64,000 nucleotides of DNA from Candidatus Latescibacterota bacterium (GTDB taxonomy: Bacteria > Latescibacterota > UBA2968). Location of the stretch: the NCBI GenBank assembly GCA_965208125.1, contig OZ242320.1:4512001-4576000 (forward strand), written 5' to 3'. Below, piece by piece: positions 38,879 to 49,346 of the stretch. Below the pieces are notes generated by a model. The model worked only from the letters and a program-made list of their open reading frames with translations. It did no database searches and was not told where the DNA came from. A program made the position numbers and the translations under genes. How positions within the stretch are numbered: the stretch's first letter is position 1; each line of letters begins with the position of its first letter.

Positions 38879-40327
38879 ATGAGTAATCAGTCTTTGGCAA
38901 CACGAGCGGTGCGCGGTGCGTTTTGGACAGGCAGTGGGTTGGGTGTGCATCTTATCGTGACACTGATTTTTTTTCGGATTCTAAATCTGGAAGATATGGG
39001 GTATTTCATCTGGGCACAGCGCGTTCTGGTTCTGTTTCAGATGGTCGGTGTATTGGGTCTAAACGACGCGCTGATAAAATACCAGGATGCCTCGCGGATC
39101 CATTTTTCTTCTGCTTTTTGGGCTTGTCTTTTTGTGGGGATTGCGCTTTTTGTCGGGTTTATAGCAAGTGAGTGGCTTTTGATTATCTGGTGGGGAAGAA
39201 CGCCGAATATCGCGGCGTTTTTTGATATTGCAAAACCCATGGCTTTGATTATTCCGCTTGCGTCTGTTTCGGGTATTGTGAAAGCAATTCTGGCTCGAGA
39301 TTTGCGCTTTCAGTCCATAGCGATAAGTGAAATGGCCGCTGCGTTGATTGCCGCAATTGTCGGTATTGGTCTTCTCATTGGCGGTTGGGGGATAAAAAGT
39401 GCGGTTTGGAATGCAATAACAAGGGAGATCGCATTGTTGGGCGGTTTGTGGATTGCCGCTGCCTGGATGCCGTCGCTGTCGTTTAGTTGGGCAAAGCTGA
39501 AGGCACTTTTGCCATTTGGATTCAATGTTTCTGGCGCGAATCTGCTCAACAATATCAACAATAATCTGGACAAGGTCTATTTTGTCCCCGTTTTGCTGGG
39601 ACCCGTTGCTGCGGGTCTGTACGCTTTTGCCTATCAATATACAATGGTTCCATTGAACCGGGCGAGTGTTGTGCTGACGCGGGTGATTTTTCCGGCTTTT
39701 TCCGTGGTGCAGCGCAATAATCAGACTTTGCGACGGGGATATACGCGCACGATTACCGCGATTGCCCTTTTGTCCTGGCCCGCGCTAACAGGTGGTTTTA
39801 TTTATGGGCAAGAGATTTTGTTGCTCGTAAAAGGTGAAGAGCTGTTGTCTGCTCTTAATCCACTCAGGCTGTTGATTTTAGCAGGCATGCTTAAAGCTGT
39901 GGGGACAGTTGTGGGATCGGTTTTCCTCGCCAAGGGAAAGGCAAACTGGTCGTTTCGGTGGACGCTTGTAAATCTGATTGTTTTTGTGCCTGCGCTTTAT
40001 TGGGGCGTGCACTATGGCATTGATGGAATCGCCGCCGTACTTTCAGCGGCTGCTGTGTTATTTCTCGTGGTTACACAAATACTGGTCAATCGTTTGATTG
40101 ATTTGCGAATGGCTGATTATTTTAAGTCATTTGTCGGGCCATTTTTGACGACGCTATGGGTCGCGGTTGCGCTGGTCTCGGTTCGGTCATTGACAAATCT
40201 GGAGCCTGTTGAATCTCTGTTGTGGGGTATAGTGTTCGGGGGCATTGCTTATGTTATTGCTATTCGTTTGTTCGCAGGGGAATTTGTGATGCGGTTTTGG
40301 CGTGATTTCCGGGGTAATAGATTGTGA
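38879..40327 (+). CDS. Wzx/PST-family polysaccharide flippase (MOP superfamily)
   Basis: SL..RAVRG..W N-terminus, RDLRF..IA..E, GLY..AY, FPAFS..Q; many TM segments. Confidence 0.85.
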   Translation: MSNQSLATRAVRGAFWTGSGLGVHLIVTLIFFRILNLEDMGYFIWAQRVLVLFQMVGVLGLNDALIKYQDASRIHFSSAFWACLFVGIALFVGFIASEWLLIIWWGRTPNIAAFFDIAKPMALIIPLASVSGIVKAILARDLRFQSIAISEMAAALIAAIVGIGLLIGGWGIKSAVWNAITREIALLGGLWIAAAWMPSLSFSWAKLKALLPFGFNVSGANLLNNINNNLDKVYFVPVLLGPVAAGLYAFAYQYTMVPLNRASVVLTRVIFPAFSVVQRNNQTLRRGYTRTITAIALLSWPALTGGFIYGQEILLLVKGEELLSALNPLRLLILAGMLKAVGTVVGSVFLAKGKANWSFRWTLVNLIVFVPALYWGVHYGIDGIAAVLSAAAVLFLVVTQILVNRLIDLRMADYFKSFVGPFLTTLWVAVALVSVRSLTNLEPVESLLWGIVFGGIAYVIAIRLFAGEFVMRFWRDFRGNRL

Positions 40328-40392
40328 TTGTGTTGTCCGCCTGTTCATGGCATAATGCAAGCGTCTGGGTGGAAAACTAAAGGAGGCACATT

Positions 40393-41475
40393 TTGAAAAC
40401 CTACCGCGTGGGTATTATTGGATTGGGACGAATGGGCAGCACGATTGACGATGAAGGGCATGCTGTCAAACCGTATTCTGTTGCGGCCTGTTGTGAGGTG
40501 ATAGATCAGCTCGAACTGGTCGCTGGCGCTGATTTGCAAGCAGATAAGCGGGCGGCTTTTACCGAGCGATGGGGTGTGAAGGCTGTGTACGAAGATTATC
40601 TGGAGATGGTGGCGCAAGAGTCGCTCGATCTTGTGGCGGTGTGTACAACGGCTTCGGGTTTGTTTAAACCCGCTAATGAAGCACCCGACGCGAATTTCAG
40701 GGGCGATTCGCATGCGGATTTAACCGTGAGCCTTGCCAATGCTGGGGTGCCGATGTTGTATGTGGAGAAGGCTATGGCGAGTTCGATGGTGAGGGCAGAT
40801 GAGATTTTGGAAGCGGTGAAAGCCAATGGTACTGTGTTTAATACGGGTGTTTTGAGGCGATTTAACGTGAGCTATCACGCCGTGCGCCGCGCTATTGTCG
40901 GGGGTGAGATTGGCGAACCCAGAGCAGCTATTCACTACGCGGCTTCATCTTTGATGCACGGGCATATACACTCTATAGATACGCTCTCTTTTTTGTTGGG
41001 CGATCCGAAAATCGAAGCGGTGCGCGGTGAATTGTTGCCGCGAGATATTGTGATTGAGAACAATCACATTGCTTTTGATCCGAGCGCGACTTTTCAATTG
41101 CGATTTGAAAATGGCATAGAAGCCTGTTCGATACCTGCTGGCGGATGGGAATTTGAGGTGATAGGAACAAAGGGGTGCATCCGGTCAATTAACAATGGGG
41201 ATGGTATAAAGCTCAGAAAAGCCGGTAGCCTGGTGGGCAAACGCCAGGGATGGGATGATGCAGAGGTCGCGCCTGTTGCGCCAAAAAGCCATGTGGTGTC
41301 GTGTCTGGAGGATTTGATAGAAGCGTATGAGCAAGGACGTCCAACGCTGGGGCCTGTGGAGGTTGCCCATCACGTAACTGAGGCATGTATTGCTGTAGCG
41401 GAAAGTCACCGTCGGGGAAGTTCGTGGGTAAATCTACCGTTGGGAGACAGGGATTTGTACATTTTTCACGTTTAG
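40393..41475 (+). CDS. Gfo/Idh/MocA oxidoreductase
   Basis: IIGLGRMG, YVEKAMA; TTG start after AGGAGG. Confidence 0.88.
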   Translation: MKTYRVGIIGLGRMGSTIDDEGHAVKPYSVAACCEVIDQLELVAGADLQADKRAAFTERWGVKAVYEDYLEMVAQESLDLVAVCTTASGLFKPANEAPDANFRGDSHADLTVSLANAGVPMLYVEKAMASSMVRADEILEAVKANGTVFNTGVLRRFNVSYHAVRRAIVGGEIGEPRAAIHYAASSLMHGHIHSIDTLSFLLGDPKIEAVRGELLPRDIVIENNHIAFDPSATFQLRFENGIEACSIPAGGWEFEVIGTKGCIRSINNGDGIKLRKAGSLVGKRQGWDDAEVAPVAPKSHVVSCLEDLIEAYEQGRPTLGPVEVAHHVTEACIAVAESHRRGSSWVNLPLGDRDLYIFHV

Positions 41476-41495
41476 GTCTTCATTGGGGGCAGACC

Positions 41496-42572
41496 ATGAA
41501 AACATATCGCGCAGCACTGATTGGATGCAGTCGGATGGGTGCATTTATTGACAACGAGGTGGATCACACGCGGGCGTATTCCCATGCGGCGGGATACGAG
41601 GCCTGTGATCGAACAGATCTGGTCGCGTGTGCGGATCTGCGCGAAGATGTGATGGCGCAGGCGGGCGAGCGATATGGGGTGCCAAAATCGCGGCAGTACA
41701 CGGATTATCGGGAACTTATCAATACGGAAGAGCCAGATATTGTGAGCGTGGCGACGCAGCCAGAGCAGCGCGCAGAAATTGTGGTGTATGCTGCCGAGCA
41801 CGGAGCAAAGGCGATTTATGCTGAAAAAGCGATGGCGGCTTCTATGGCAGATGCCGATGCGATGGTCGATGCGTGTGAGCGCAATGGTGTGTTTTTCAAT
41901 CTGGGTACCAATCGGCGATGGGATCGGGGATATGACAGTATGAAAGAGGTGATTGATAGCGGGCGCGTTGGGCGGTTGCGATCGCTGATCATTCATCAGA
42001 CGAGTTCTCTTTTCAATGGTGCGAGTCACAGTTTTGATCTGTTGATGCGCCTCAATAGCGACCATCCCGCGCTATGGGTGCAGGGACATCTACAGCAGGG
42101 TGCAGACGAGATTGAGGGAAATGTCTTGAAGGCAGATCCCGCGGGGCACGGGATTATCCAGTTTGAAAATGGCGTGACGGCGTATGCCCTCAATTCCGGG
42201 AGGGGTATGGAGGTTGAAGCTGTGGGTGATGCTGGGGTTGTGACGGCTTTGCAAAATGGCGCAGGGTGGCAGGTGCGCGAGGTGGTTGGGCACGATCACA
42301 GGGGACGGAATGTGCTGGGATTTGGGGATTTTCCAGAGGTGGAACCGACGAGTTCAACCGTACATTTGATTGAAGATCTGGCACATGCGCTGGATACGGG
42401 TGAACCGACGCGGTGCGGTGTGCGATTGGCACATGCCAATCAAGAATTGATTTTCGCTTTTGTCGAATCGCACCAGCGAGGGGGCGAACGGGTGCATTTG
42501 CCGTTGAAAGACTGTTCCTATCGCATGGATCGCGGTTTTGCACCCAGACAACCGAAGTTTGAACGGGAGTGA
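41496..42572 (+). CDS. Gfo/Idh/MocA oxidoreductase
   Basis: LIGCSRMG, YAEKAMA, GTNRRW; tandem paralog of 40393-41475. Confidence 0.88.
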   Translation: MKTYRAALIGCSRMGAFIDNEVDHTRAYSHAAGYEACDRTDLVACADLREDVMAQAGERYGVPKSRQYTDYRELINTEEPDIVSVATQPEQRAEIVVYAAEHGAKAIYAEKAMAASMADADAMVDACERNGVFFNLGTNRRWDRGYDSMKEVIDSGRVGRLRSLIIHQTSSLFNGASHSFDLLMRLNSDHPALWVQGHLQQGADEIEGNVLKADPAGHGIIQFENGVTAYALNSGRGMEVEAVGDAGVVTALQNGAGWQVREVVGHDHRGRNVLGFGDFPEVEPTSSTVHLIEDLAHALDTGEPTRCGVRLAHANQELIFAFVESHQRGGERVHLPLKDCSYRMDRGFAPRQPKFERE

Positions 42573-42583
42573 AGGAGGTTATT

Positions 42584-43600
42584 GTGGAATATCGCGAGTT
42601 TGGACAGACGGGATTGAAGGTTTCGGCAATCGGTTTTGGATGCTGGGAATTGGGCGGGGGATATGGGTCTATTGATGACGCTGAGGTCGTCGCTGCGGTC
42701 AACCGCGCCGTTGATCTGGGGATCAATTGTTTTGATACGGCGCAGGGATATGGCAAGGGCGCGTCTGAACGGTTGCTTGCGCGCGCGCTGGGGCCCAGGC
42801 GCAAAGATGTGATTCTGGTTACTAAGTTCGGCATTGGATACGAGCATGGAAGAGATAGCAGCAAGGAGATGGTTCACCGGGCGATTGAGCAAAGTCTGGA
42901 GATGCTGAATACGGATTACGTCGATGTGTATCTCGTGCATTGGCCTGACCGCGATACGCCCTTTGAAGAGACTATGGGCGCTCTGGAGGAAATCGTCCAG
43001 GCGGGGAAGACGCGGTTTGTGGGGCTGTCGAATTTTACGCCTCCGGAAATCGCGCGGTGTATGGATGCGCGCCGCGTGGAGGTGTTGCAATACGGGTGTA
43101 ATTTGTTTGACCGCCGCCATGTCAAGTGGACATTTCCCTATGCGGAAGCAAATAATGTGGGGGTGATGACATACGGTTCTCTGGCTTATGGCCTGCTCGC
43201 CGGCGCGTTTACAGAAGACACGGTTTTTGAAGATAATGATTGGCGGAGAAGAGGCGGTAGCAATACGACTTTGCGCCTGTTTGAGCCGGGTATTTTTCAG
43301 CGGAATGTCCGGGCGGTGAATGAGTTGAAAGAGATCGCTGTAGGGCTGGGCAAAAATCTGCCGCATATGGCGCTGAATTGGGTGTTGTCTCACAAGGCTG
43401 TGAGTACGGCACTGGTGGGTGCGCGAAGGCCAGAAGAGGTAGAAGACAATATGGGCGCTCTGGGGTGGACGTTGGATGAGGATACAAAACGGGCAATTGA
43501 TCGGGTTTTTGCCAAGTACGAGATCGACACGGCGCCCAATAAGTGGGGCGAAATAGATGCCGTGTGGATGGATATCGATCCTTTAGAATGGGCAGAATGA
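42584..43600 (+). CDS. Aldo/keto reductase
   Basis: GQTGLKVSAIGFG, FDTA.GYG, LVTK, YLVHWPD, GLSNF; GTG start after AAGGAGG. Confidence 0.92.
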   Translation: MEYREFGQTGLKVSAIGFGCWELGGGYGSIDDAEVVAAVNRAVDLGINCFDTAQGYGKGASERLLARALGPRRKDVILVTKFGIGYEHGRDSSKEMVHRAIEQSLEMLNTDYVDVYLVHWPDRDTPFEETMGALEEIVQAGKTRFVGLSNFTPPEIARCMDARRVEVLQYGCNLFDRRHVKWTFPYAEANNVGVMTYGSLAYGLLAGAFTEDTVFEDNDWRRRGGSNTTLRLFEPGIFQRNVRAVNELKEIAVGLGKNLPHMALNWVLSHKAVSTALVGARRPEEVEDNMGALGWTLDEDTKRAIDRVFAKYEIDTAPNKWGEIDAVWMDIDPLEWAE

Positions 43601-43607
43601 GGGGGAT

Positions 43608-44555
43608 ATGATGGATAATGTGCGCGTTGGTGTGATTGGATGTGGGGGCAGGGGCAGGGGACATATTCGAACTTTGAATGGGTTTGAGGATGTGCATCTC
43701 GCGGCGGTCTGCGATCCGGTTGCGGAGATCCGCGAGTCCGTGTGTGAAGAGTACGGGATTGAAGGACAATACGGCGATGTTTCCGCGTTGCTCGAAGGCG
43801 AGGCTTTGGATGCGGTTTTTGTCGCGCCGCCTGCTCACTTAAATGCCACGCTTGCATTGCCGTGTCTGGAGGCTGGGGTCAATACTTTTTTGGAGAAACC
43901 GCCCGGTTTGAGTCTGAAAGAGACCGAAGCGTTAAAAGCTGCGTCGGACGAAACGGGTGCGAAAGCCATGGTAGGCTGGAATCGGCGATTTCATCCGATT
44001 ATTGTCGAGGCGCGAAATCTGGTGCTGGATCGCGGTCCTGTGACGCAATTGGTGGGGGAGTTCCACAAGAGTATTACGGATTTGGGGAATTCGGGCAAAT
44101 TTGCCGAGGTGCTGATGGATTGTATGCTTTTTGAGACGCCGATTCACGCGATTGATACGATACGCTTTTTGGCAGATGCCGATGTTTCCGAGGTTCACAG
44201 TGTGGTGCAGCGGTCTATGTCCGGTTATCGGGATGTACACGCGGCTCTCGTTGCGTTTGAAAATGGCGTTGTCGCGCAGCTTATTCACAATTATACGACC
44301 AATGCCAGGCTGGAGCGTTATGAGATTCACGGGCACGAGATTTCGGCTTATATGGAGGGCGTGTCACGCGGAGAGGTTTTTTGCGATGGCGAGAAAAGAG
44401 AGTTGAGCGGGGATGGATCGGGTACAGATGAACAGAACCGATTTTTTATCGATTGTGTGAAAGAAGACCGCCCGGTCGCGCTTCCCGCGGCGAATCTGGA
44501 TGAGGCGATTAAGACGATGGAACTGGCCGAGGCGATTATGGCGGGGACGCAATAG
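43608..44555 (+). CDS. Gfo/Idh/MocA oxidoreductase
   Basis: VIGCGGRG, FLEKPPG, GWNRRF. Confidence 0.9.
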   Translation: MMDNVRVGVIGCGGRGRGHIRTLNGFEDVHLAAVCDPVAEIRESVCEEYGIEGQYGDVSALLEGEALDAVFVAPPAHLNATLALPCLEAGVNTFLEKPPGLSLKETEALKAASDETGAKAMVGWNRRFHPIIVEARNLVLDRGPVTQLVGEFHKSITDLGNSGKFAEVLMDCMLFETPIHAIDTIRFLADADVSEVHSVVQRSMSGYRDVHAALVAFENGVVAQLIHNYTTNARLERYEIHGHEISAYMEGVSRGEVFCDGEKRELSGDGSGTDEQNRFFIDCVKEDRPVALPAANLDEAIKTMELAEAIMAGTQ

Positions 44556-44571
44556 TATCGGATTCTTTCTA

Positions 44572-44600
44572 TTGACAATATTTTCCGAATCCCGTAATTT
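44572..44600 (+). promoter_or_regulatory. sigma70 promoter of tRNA-Pro
   Basis: TTGACA-17bp-TAATTT. Confidence 0.7.
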
Positions 44601-44614
44601 TCAGATAATAGAAA

Positions 44615-44691
44615 CGAGGTGTGGCTCAGTCCGGTAGAGCACCTGCTTTGGGAGCAGGGGGCCGGGGGTTCAAATCCCTCCACCTCGACCA
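44615..44691 (+). tRNA. tRNA-Pro(TGG)
   Basis: CGAGGTG acceptor, CCTGC-TT-TGG-GA-GCAGG anticodon arm, GTTCAAATC, CCA end. Confidence 0.97.
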
Positions 44692-44697
44692 ATAAAA

Positions 44698-44791
44698 ACA
44701 AGGGGTTGCGAGTTTTGCTCGCAACCCCTTGTCGTTTTGAAGGATGGAAGAAAAAGCGCCTGTGCAAAAATCGCACAAGCGCTTTCTTTTT
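44698..44791. terminator. Two hairpin terminators between convergent tRNAs
   Basis: acaaggggttgcgag/ctcgcaaccccttgt and aagcgc.tgtgc/gcaca.gcgctt with flanking A and T tracts. Confidence 0.75.
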
Positions 44792-44865
44792 TGGTTGCCC
44801 CTCAGGGATTCGAACCCCGATACCTGGAACCAAAATCCAGTGTCTTGCCATTAGACGAAGGGGCA
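44792..44865 (-). tRNA. tRNA-Gln(TTG)
   Basis: TGCCCCT acceptor, CTGGA-TT-TTG-GT-TCCAG anticodon arm, GTTCGAATC, CCA end. Confidence 0.97.
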
Positions 44866-44884
44866 ATACTATGTCGAGGAGCTA

Positions 44885-44913
44885 AATATAAATTTTTAGC
44901 CGATTACAGGCAA
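44885..44913 (-). promoter_or_regulatory. sigma70-like promoter of tRNA-Gln
   Basis: TTGCCT-17bp-TATATT on minus strand. Confidence 0.65.
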
Positions 44914-44957
44914 CTTACTTTTTAGAAATCAGTGGTCAGCGGTCAATAAAAAACCTT

Positions 44958-44990
44958 CTGGATCGCGGCTCAACTTCATGCCGCGATGAC
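44958..44990 (-). repeat. GTCAT...ATCCAG-type palindromic repeat
   Basis: GTCATCGCGGC-ATGAAGTTGA-GCCGCGATCCAG on minus strand. Confidence 0.6.
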
Positions 44991-44994
44991 AGAC

Positions 44995-45020
44995 GGGACG
45001 GCACAGGGGCCGTCCCCTAC
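44995..45020 (-). repeat. GTAG-type REP element
   Basis: GTAG-GGGACGGC-CCCTGT-GCCGTCCC; its TAG is the glnS stop codon. Confidence 0.75.
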
Positions 45021-46693
45021 TTACTTCTCATTCTCGCCCATGTGTCGCGCAGGGTGATTGTTCGATTTAATACGAGTTTTTCATCTGATGAGTCCGGATC
45101 GACACAGAAATAGCCCAGTCGTTCGAATTGGACCACGCTGCCAACTTCTGCTCCTTTCATGCTCGGTTCGACATAACAGGTAGGGCGCACTTCCAATGAG
45201 TCGGGGTTTAAGTTGTCTGTGAAGTCCTGTCCATCTTCGGTTCGGGTTGGGTTTTCCGTCATGAACAGTCGATCAAATAATCGCACTTCGGATTTTAGCG
45301 CGTGTTTAGCAGATACCCAGTGCAGTGTCGAGCGAACCCTGCGTTTATCGGGTGTTGTGCCGCCGCGGCTTTCGGGATCCCAGGTACAGCGGAGTTCGAT
45401 TATGTTGCCGCCATCGTCTTTTATAGCTTCCTGACATGTGATATAACACGCCGCGCGCAATCGCACCTCTCGTCCAGGCGCGAGACGGTAAAATTTGCGC
45501 GGGGGATCTTCCATAAAATCTTCCCGCTCGATGTACAATTCCCGCGAAAAAGGCACGGGGCGCGTGCCGGCATCGGGGTCTTCGGGATTGATCATCGCTT
45601 CAAATGTTTCTTCTTCGCCTTCGGGATAGTTTTCAATGACTACTTTTAGGGGATCAATGACGCCCATGACCCTGGGGGCGACCTTGTTCAGGTGCTCGCG
45701 AATATAGAATTCAAACAAATCTATTTCTGCCGTTGTATCCCGTCGGTTCATTCCCACGCGCCAGATAAAATTCTTAATGGCTTGCGGCGGTATCCCGCGT
45801 CGTCGCATTCCCGAAAGCGTGGGCATGCGCGGGTCGTCCCATCCGTTTACAAGACCGCGCTCGACCAGTTGGGTCAACATGCGCTTGCTGGTCAATGTGT
45901 AGGTGATATTCAACCGCGCAAATTCGATTTGCCGCGATGGGAATATCTCTAATTGCTGGATGTACCAATCGTACAGGGGGCGGTGTTCTGCAAACTCGAT
46001 GCTGCACAGCGAGTGCGTGACTTGCTCAATGGCGTCGGATTGTCCGTGTGCCCAGTCGTACATTGGATAAATACACCATTTGTCGCCCGTGCGATGGTGT
46101 GATGTGTGTTTGATCCGATACATTACGGGATCGCGCATGTTCATATTTGGCGATGCCATGTCGGCTTTGGCGCGCAATGTACACGCGCCGTCGGGAAAGT
46201 TTCCATTTTTCATTCGCTCAAATAGGTCGAGATTTTCCGACACGGTGCGATTTCGATAGGGGCTGTTTTTTCCTGGTTCTGTTACTGTGCCTCGGTATTC
46301 GCGTATTTCCTGTGGACTCAGGTCGCAGACATAGGCTTTTCCCTGCATAATGAGTTCCACAGCATAATCGTAGAGTTGGTCAAAATAGTCAGAGGCAAAG
46401 TATAACCCATCGCCCCAATCAAAGCCCATCCATTTCAAATCTTCCTGGATAGACTCGACGTATTCGGTGTCTTCCCGGTCCGGGTTGGTGTCGTCAAACC
46501 GGAGATTGCACTGTCCGTTAAATTCCTCGGCGAGACCAAAGTCCAGACAAAAAGCCTTGGCATGGCCGATGTGCAGATAGCCATTTGGCTCTGGCGGGAA
46601 TCGCGTTACGATTTTTTTGTGTTTGCCATTTTTTACGTCTTCGCGAACAATTTCTCGGATAAAATCCGTTGGTGCGTCTTCGGTTGTTGCCAT
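45017..46693 (-). CDS. glnS: Glutamine-tRNA ligase
   Basis: [47 protein letters not shown]. Confidence 0.97.
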   Translation of the reverse strand: MATTEDAPTDFIREIVREDVKNGKHKKIVTRFPPEPNGYLHIGHAKAFCLDFGLAEEFNGQCNLRFDDTNPDREDTEYVESIQEDLKWMGFDWGDGLYFASDYFDQLYDYAVELIMQGKAYVCDLSPQEIREYRGTVTEPGKNSPYRNRTVSENLDLFERMKNGNFPDGACTLRAKADMASPNMNMRDPVMYRIKHTSHHRTGDKWCIYPMYDWAHGQSDAIEQVTHSLCSIEFAEHRPLYDWYIQQLEIFPSRQIEFARLNITYTLTSKRMLTQLVERGLVNGWDDPRMPTLSGMRRRGIPPQAIKNFIWRVGMNRRDTTAEIDLFEFYIREHLNKVAPRVMGVIDPLKVVIENYPEGEEETFEAMINPEDPDAGTRPVPFSRELYIEREDFMEDPPRKFYRLAPGREVRLRAACYITCQEAIKDDGGNIIELRCTWDPESRGGTTPDKRRVRSTLHWVSAKHALKSEVRLFDRLFMTENPTRTEDGQDFTDNLNPDSLEVRPTCYVEPSMKGAEVGSVVQFERLGYFCVDPDSSDEKLVLNRTITLRDTWARMRSK

Positions 46694-46732
46694 TTTTAGA
46701 CCTTTTGGGTTGTTAGTTGTTAGTCCGTCACT

Positions 46733-46758
46733 GGGCGACCACAGGGGGTCGCCCCTAC
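46733..46758 (-). repeat. GTAG-type REP element
   Basis: GTAG-GGGCGACC-CCCTGT-GGTCGCCC; same loop as 44995-45020 with compensatory stem changes. Confidence 0.75.
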
Positions 46759-46778
46759 AGGGAATTACCCTTCACACT

Positions 46779-48533
46779 TCATCGTGAACTGGTCTGGACT
46801 GCGCCCAGTTGTACAGCTTTCCTCACTTCACACTTCACCTGTTCTACTGCCTGATCCAGAGGCACATCTGTGCGGGCATTTTCATGGCGCAATTTCATCT
46901 CTATCTGTCCATTTGCCAGGCCGCGTGATCCCACGGTCAACCGTATTGGGATGCCGATTAAATCCGCATCGTTAAATTTTACGCCTGCGCGTTCATCGCG
47001 GTCGTCGAGCAAGACATCCAGTCCTGCGGCCTTTAGTTGCGCGTACAATTTTTCGGCGGCTTCCAGTTCTCCTGCGGGTTTTCTACCCGTCAGAACTACG
47101 ATTTGCACTTCAAAGGGCGCGACCGATATTGGCCAGATAATGCCGTGGTCATCGTGATGGGCTTCGATAATACACGCCAATAATCTGCCCACACCGATGC
47201 CGTAACATCCCATGAAGAGGGGCTGCATTTTGCCGTTTTCATCCAGGACTCTCGCGTCCATGCTGTCGCTGTACTTTGTGCCGAGTTTGAAGATGTTGCC
47301 CACTTCAATGCCGCGCGTGCTGTCGAGCGGGGTTTCGCATTCTGGACAGAGCATGCCTTTTTCTACGGCGATGAGGTCTGTGACGATGTCGGGATCAAAA
47401 TCGCGTCCCACATTGACGTTTAAGTAGTGATATCCTTCCTCATTCGCGCCCGATACAAAATTTGTTCCTTTTGCGATGGCTTCATCTACGACTACGATTG
47501 CGTTTTTCACGGCCATTGGCGACGCATATCCGGGGACTGCACCGACTGCTGTGATTTCCTCGTCTGTTGCTGGTCGCAATGCCTGCGCCTTTACCACGTT
47601 GGCGAGTTTGGTTTCATTCAATTCGCGGTCGCCGCGCAGTACTGCAAAGATAAATTTTTCTTCGCCATTTATTGTGCCGATCAAAAATACGGCTTTGGCT
47701 GTCTCGCTCTGCGGTACGTTCAAAAACGAGGCGACTTCTTCAATGGTTTTGCAATTGGGGGTCGCCACTTTTTGCAGGGGTTTTTCACTTTCCGCTTCAA
47801 TGGCTTCCCTCTTATATGTCGCTACCTGTCGATTGGCCTGATAACCGCATGTATCGCATAAGAGCAGGGTGTCTTCGCCGCCTGGATTTAGATACATAAA
47901 TTCATGTGCTTCTGTTCCGCCCATCATTCCCGGGTCGCTTTCTACTGAGATGACGTGGTCGCCCAATCCCGCGCGTTCAAATATCCGCTGATATGCCTCG
48001 TACATGCGCGGGTAATACGCATCTAAACCCGCCTGGTCGATGTGAAAGCTATACCCGTCTTTCATCGTAAATTCGCGTACGCGAATCAAGCCACCGCGGC
48101 TGCGCGGTTCGTCGCGGAATTTGGTTTGAAGCTGAAACGCGCTCAATGGCAATTGTCGGTAGCTCTGTACCATGTGACGCGCCAGGTCGGTGACTGCTTC
48201 TTCGTGCGTCATTGCCAAACACATGTCGCGGTCTGCGCGGTCTTTCATGCGCATCATTTCCGGGCCGACATCGTCCCACCGACCACTCTCGTGCCAGATT
48301 TCCGCGGGTTGTACCACGGGCATCGAAATTTCAAAGCAATCCGCGCGTTCCATTTCTTCGCGCAATATCTGTTCGATCTTTCGCTTTACGCGCAACCCCA
48401 GCGGTAAGAAACTAAAAATTCCCGATGCCAGAGGACGAATTAGCCCCGCGCGCAAGGCCAACTGGTGACTGATTGCTTCTGCATCTGCGGGTACCTCGCG
48501 CAGGGTTTGTGTCAATAATTGAGAGTAACGCAT
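46779..48533 (-). CDS. proS: Proline-tRNA ligase (bacterial type with editing domain)
   Basis: THEE, KFRDE.R.RGGL.R.REF.MKD.YSF, INS domain, GCYGIGV.R. Confidence 0.97.
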   Translation of the reverse strand: MRYSQLLTQTLREVPADAEAISHQLALRAGLIRPLASGIFSFLPLGLRVKRKIEQILREEMERADCFEISMPVVQPAEIWHESGRWDDVGPEMMRMKDRADRDMCLAMTHEEAVTDLARHMVQSYRQLPLSAFQLQTKFRDEPRSRGGLIRVREFTMKDGYSFHIDQAGLDAYYPRMYEAYQRIFERAGLGDHVISVESDPGMMGGTEAHEFMYLNPGGEDTLLLCDTCGYQANRQVATYKREAIEAESEKPLQKVATPNCKTIEEVASFLNVPQSETAKAVFLIGTINGEEKFIFAVLRGDRELNETKLANVVKAQALRPATDEEITAVGAVPGYASPMAVKNAIVVVDEAIAKGTNFVSGANEEGYHYLNVNVGRDFDPDIVTDLIAVEKGMLCPECETPLDSTRGIEVGNIFKLGTKYSDSMDARVLDENGKMQPLFMGCYGIGVGRLLACIIEAHHDDHGIIWPISVAPFEVQIVVLTGRKPAGELEAAEKLYAQLKAAGLDVLLDDRDERAGVKFNDADLIGIPIRLTVGSRGLANGQIEMKLRHENARTDVPLDQAVEQVKCEVRKAVQLGAVQTSSR

Positions 48534-48640
48534 TTCTATCCCTTTAGAAAATTCCTGGAAAATATAAACAAAATGCGGGGATCAGAGCCAAATATTGTGT
48601 TCAGTTTGATATTGTGGACGATTTGGCGTTGCATAAAGTT

Positions 48641-49324
48641 TCACGATGGGCGGACAAGTGCGATTAACAGATCTGGACGGTTCGAGCCGATGGCGTCAAC
48701 TCCCAGATCGATAACACGCTGTATCTCCTCAACTGTGTCGGGGTTCCAGGCGCGGATCATGAGGCCGTGTGCATGCGCTTTCTGAACGAGTTGGGCGTCG
48801 ATATTTGGATGCAGGATGTGTATCCCTACCGCTCCCATATCGATAGCCTGTTCACACGCATCAGATGGTGGATTCGACCACAACGCCCCCAGTGCCAGGC
48901 TCGGATTAAGCTGGCGCGCTTCGCGTAGCCGCTCATGGACAAACGAGGTCAGAAGTACCTCGCTTTCTATATTATTTCGCTCAACCGTCCGGACGACTGG
49001 CTCGGCGGTGTCGGGTCCTTTCAGTTCAATCTGAAGGACCACTTTCTCGCGCACCAGGTCTATGACTTCCTGTAGTGTCGGAATGCGCTCTCCTTTACCG
49101 GCGTCCAACCGCTTGATTTCCTCTAACGTAAAGTCGGCGACCGCGCCCTGTCCATCGGTCGTTCGATCTACGGTGGTATCGTGAATGACGACGAGGTGCT
49201 GATCGCGTGTGAGGTGTACGTCAAGCTCGATCTGATCGACGCCGAGATCTATCGCTTTTTGCATGGATAGCAGCGTATTTTCAGGTTCGAGTGCTGCTGC
49301 TCCCCGGTGTCCTGTAAGAATCAT
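48641..49324 (-). CDS. Glycerophosphodiester phosphodiesterase
   Basis: GHRGA...PENT, IELDV.LT.D..LVV.HD, IELK, SN.P. Confidence 0.92.
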   Translation of the reverse strand: MILTGHRGAAALEPENTLLSMQKAIDLGVDQIELDVHLTRDQHLVVIHDTTVDRTTDGQGAVADFTLEEIKRLDAGKGERIPTLQEVIDLVREKVVLQIELKGPDTAEPVVRTVERNNIESEVLLTSFVHERLREARQLNPSLALGALWSNPPSDACEQAIDMGAVGIHILHPNIDAQLVQKAHAHGLMIRAWNPDTVEEIQRVIDLGVDAIGSNRPDLLIALVRPS

Positions 49325-49346
49325 TTGAGTCCTCTCTTCCATAAAA

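Noticed and set aside
42518-43393. Long antisense ORFs (also 7040-7813, 17770-18555, 18872-19675, 25472-26296)
   Set aside because: They lie opposite well-supported genes and show no recognisable motifs
44348-44925. ORFs across the tRNA-Pro/tRNA-Gln region
   Set aside because: They are translations of tRNA and terminator sequence
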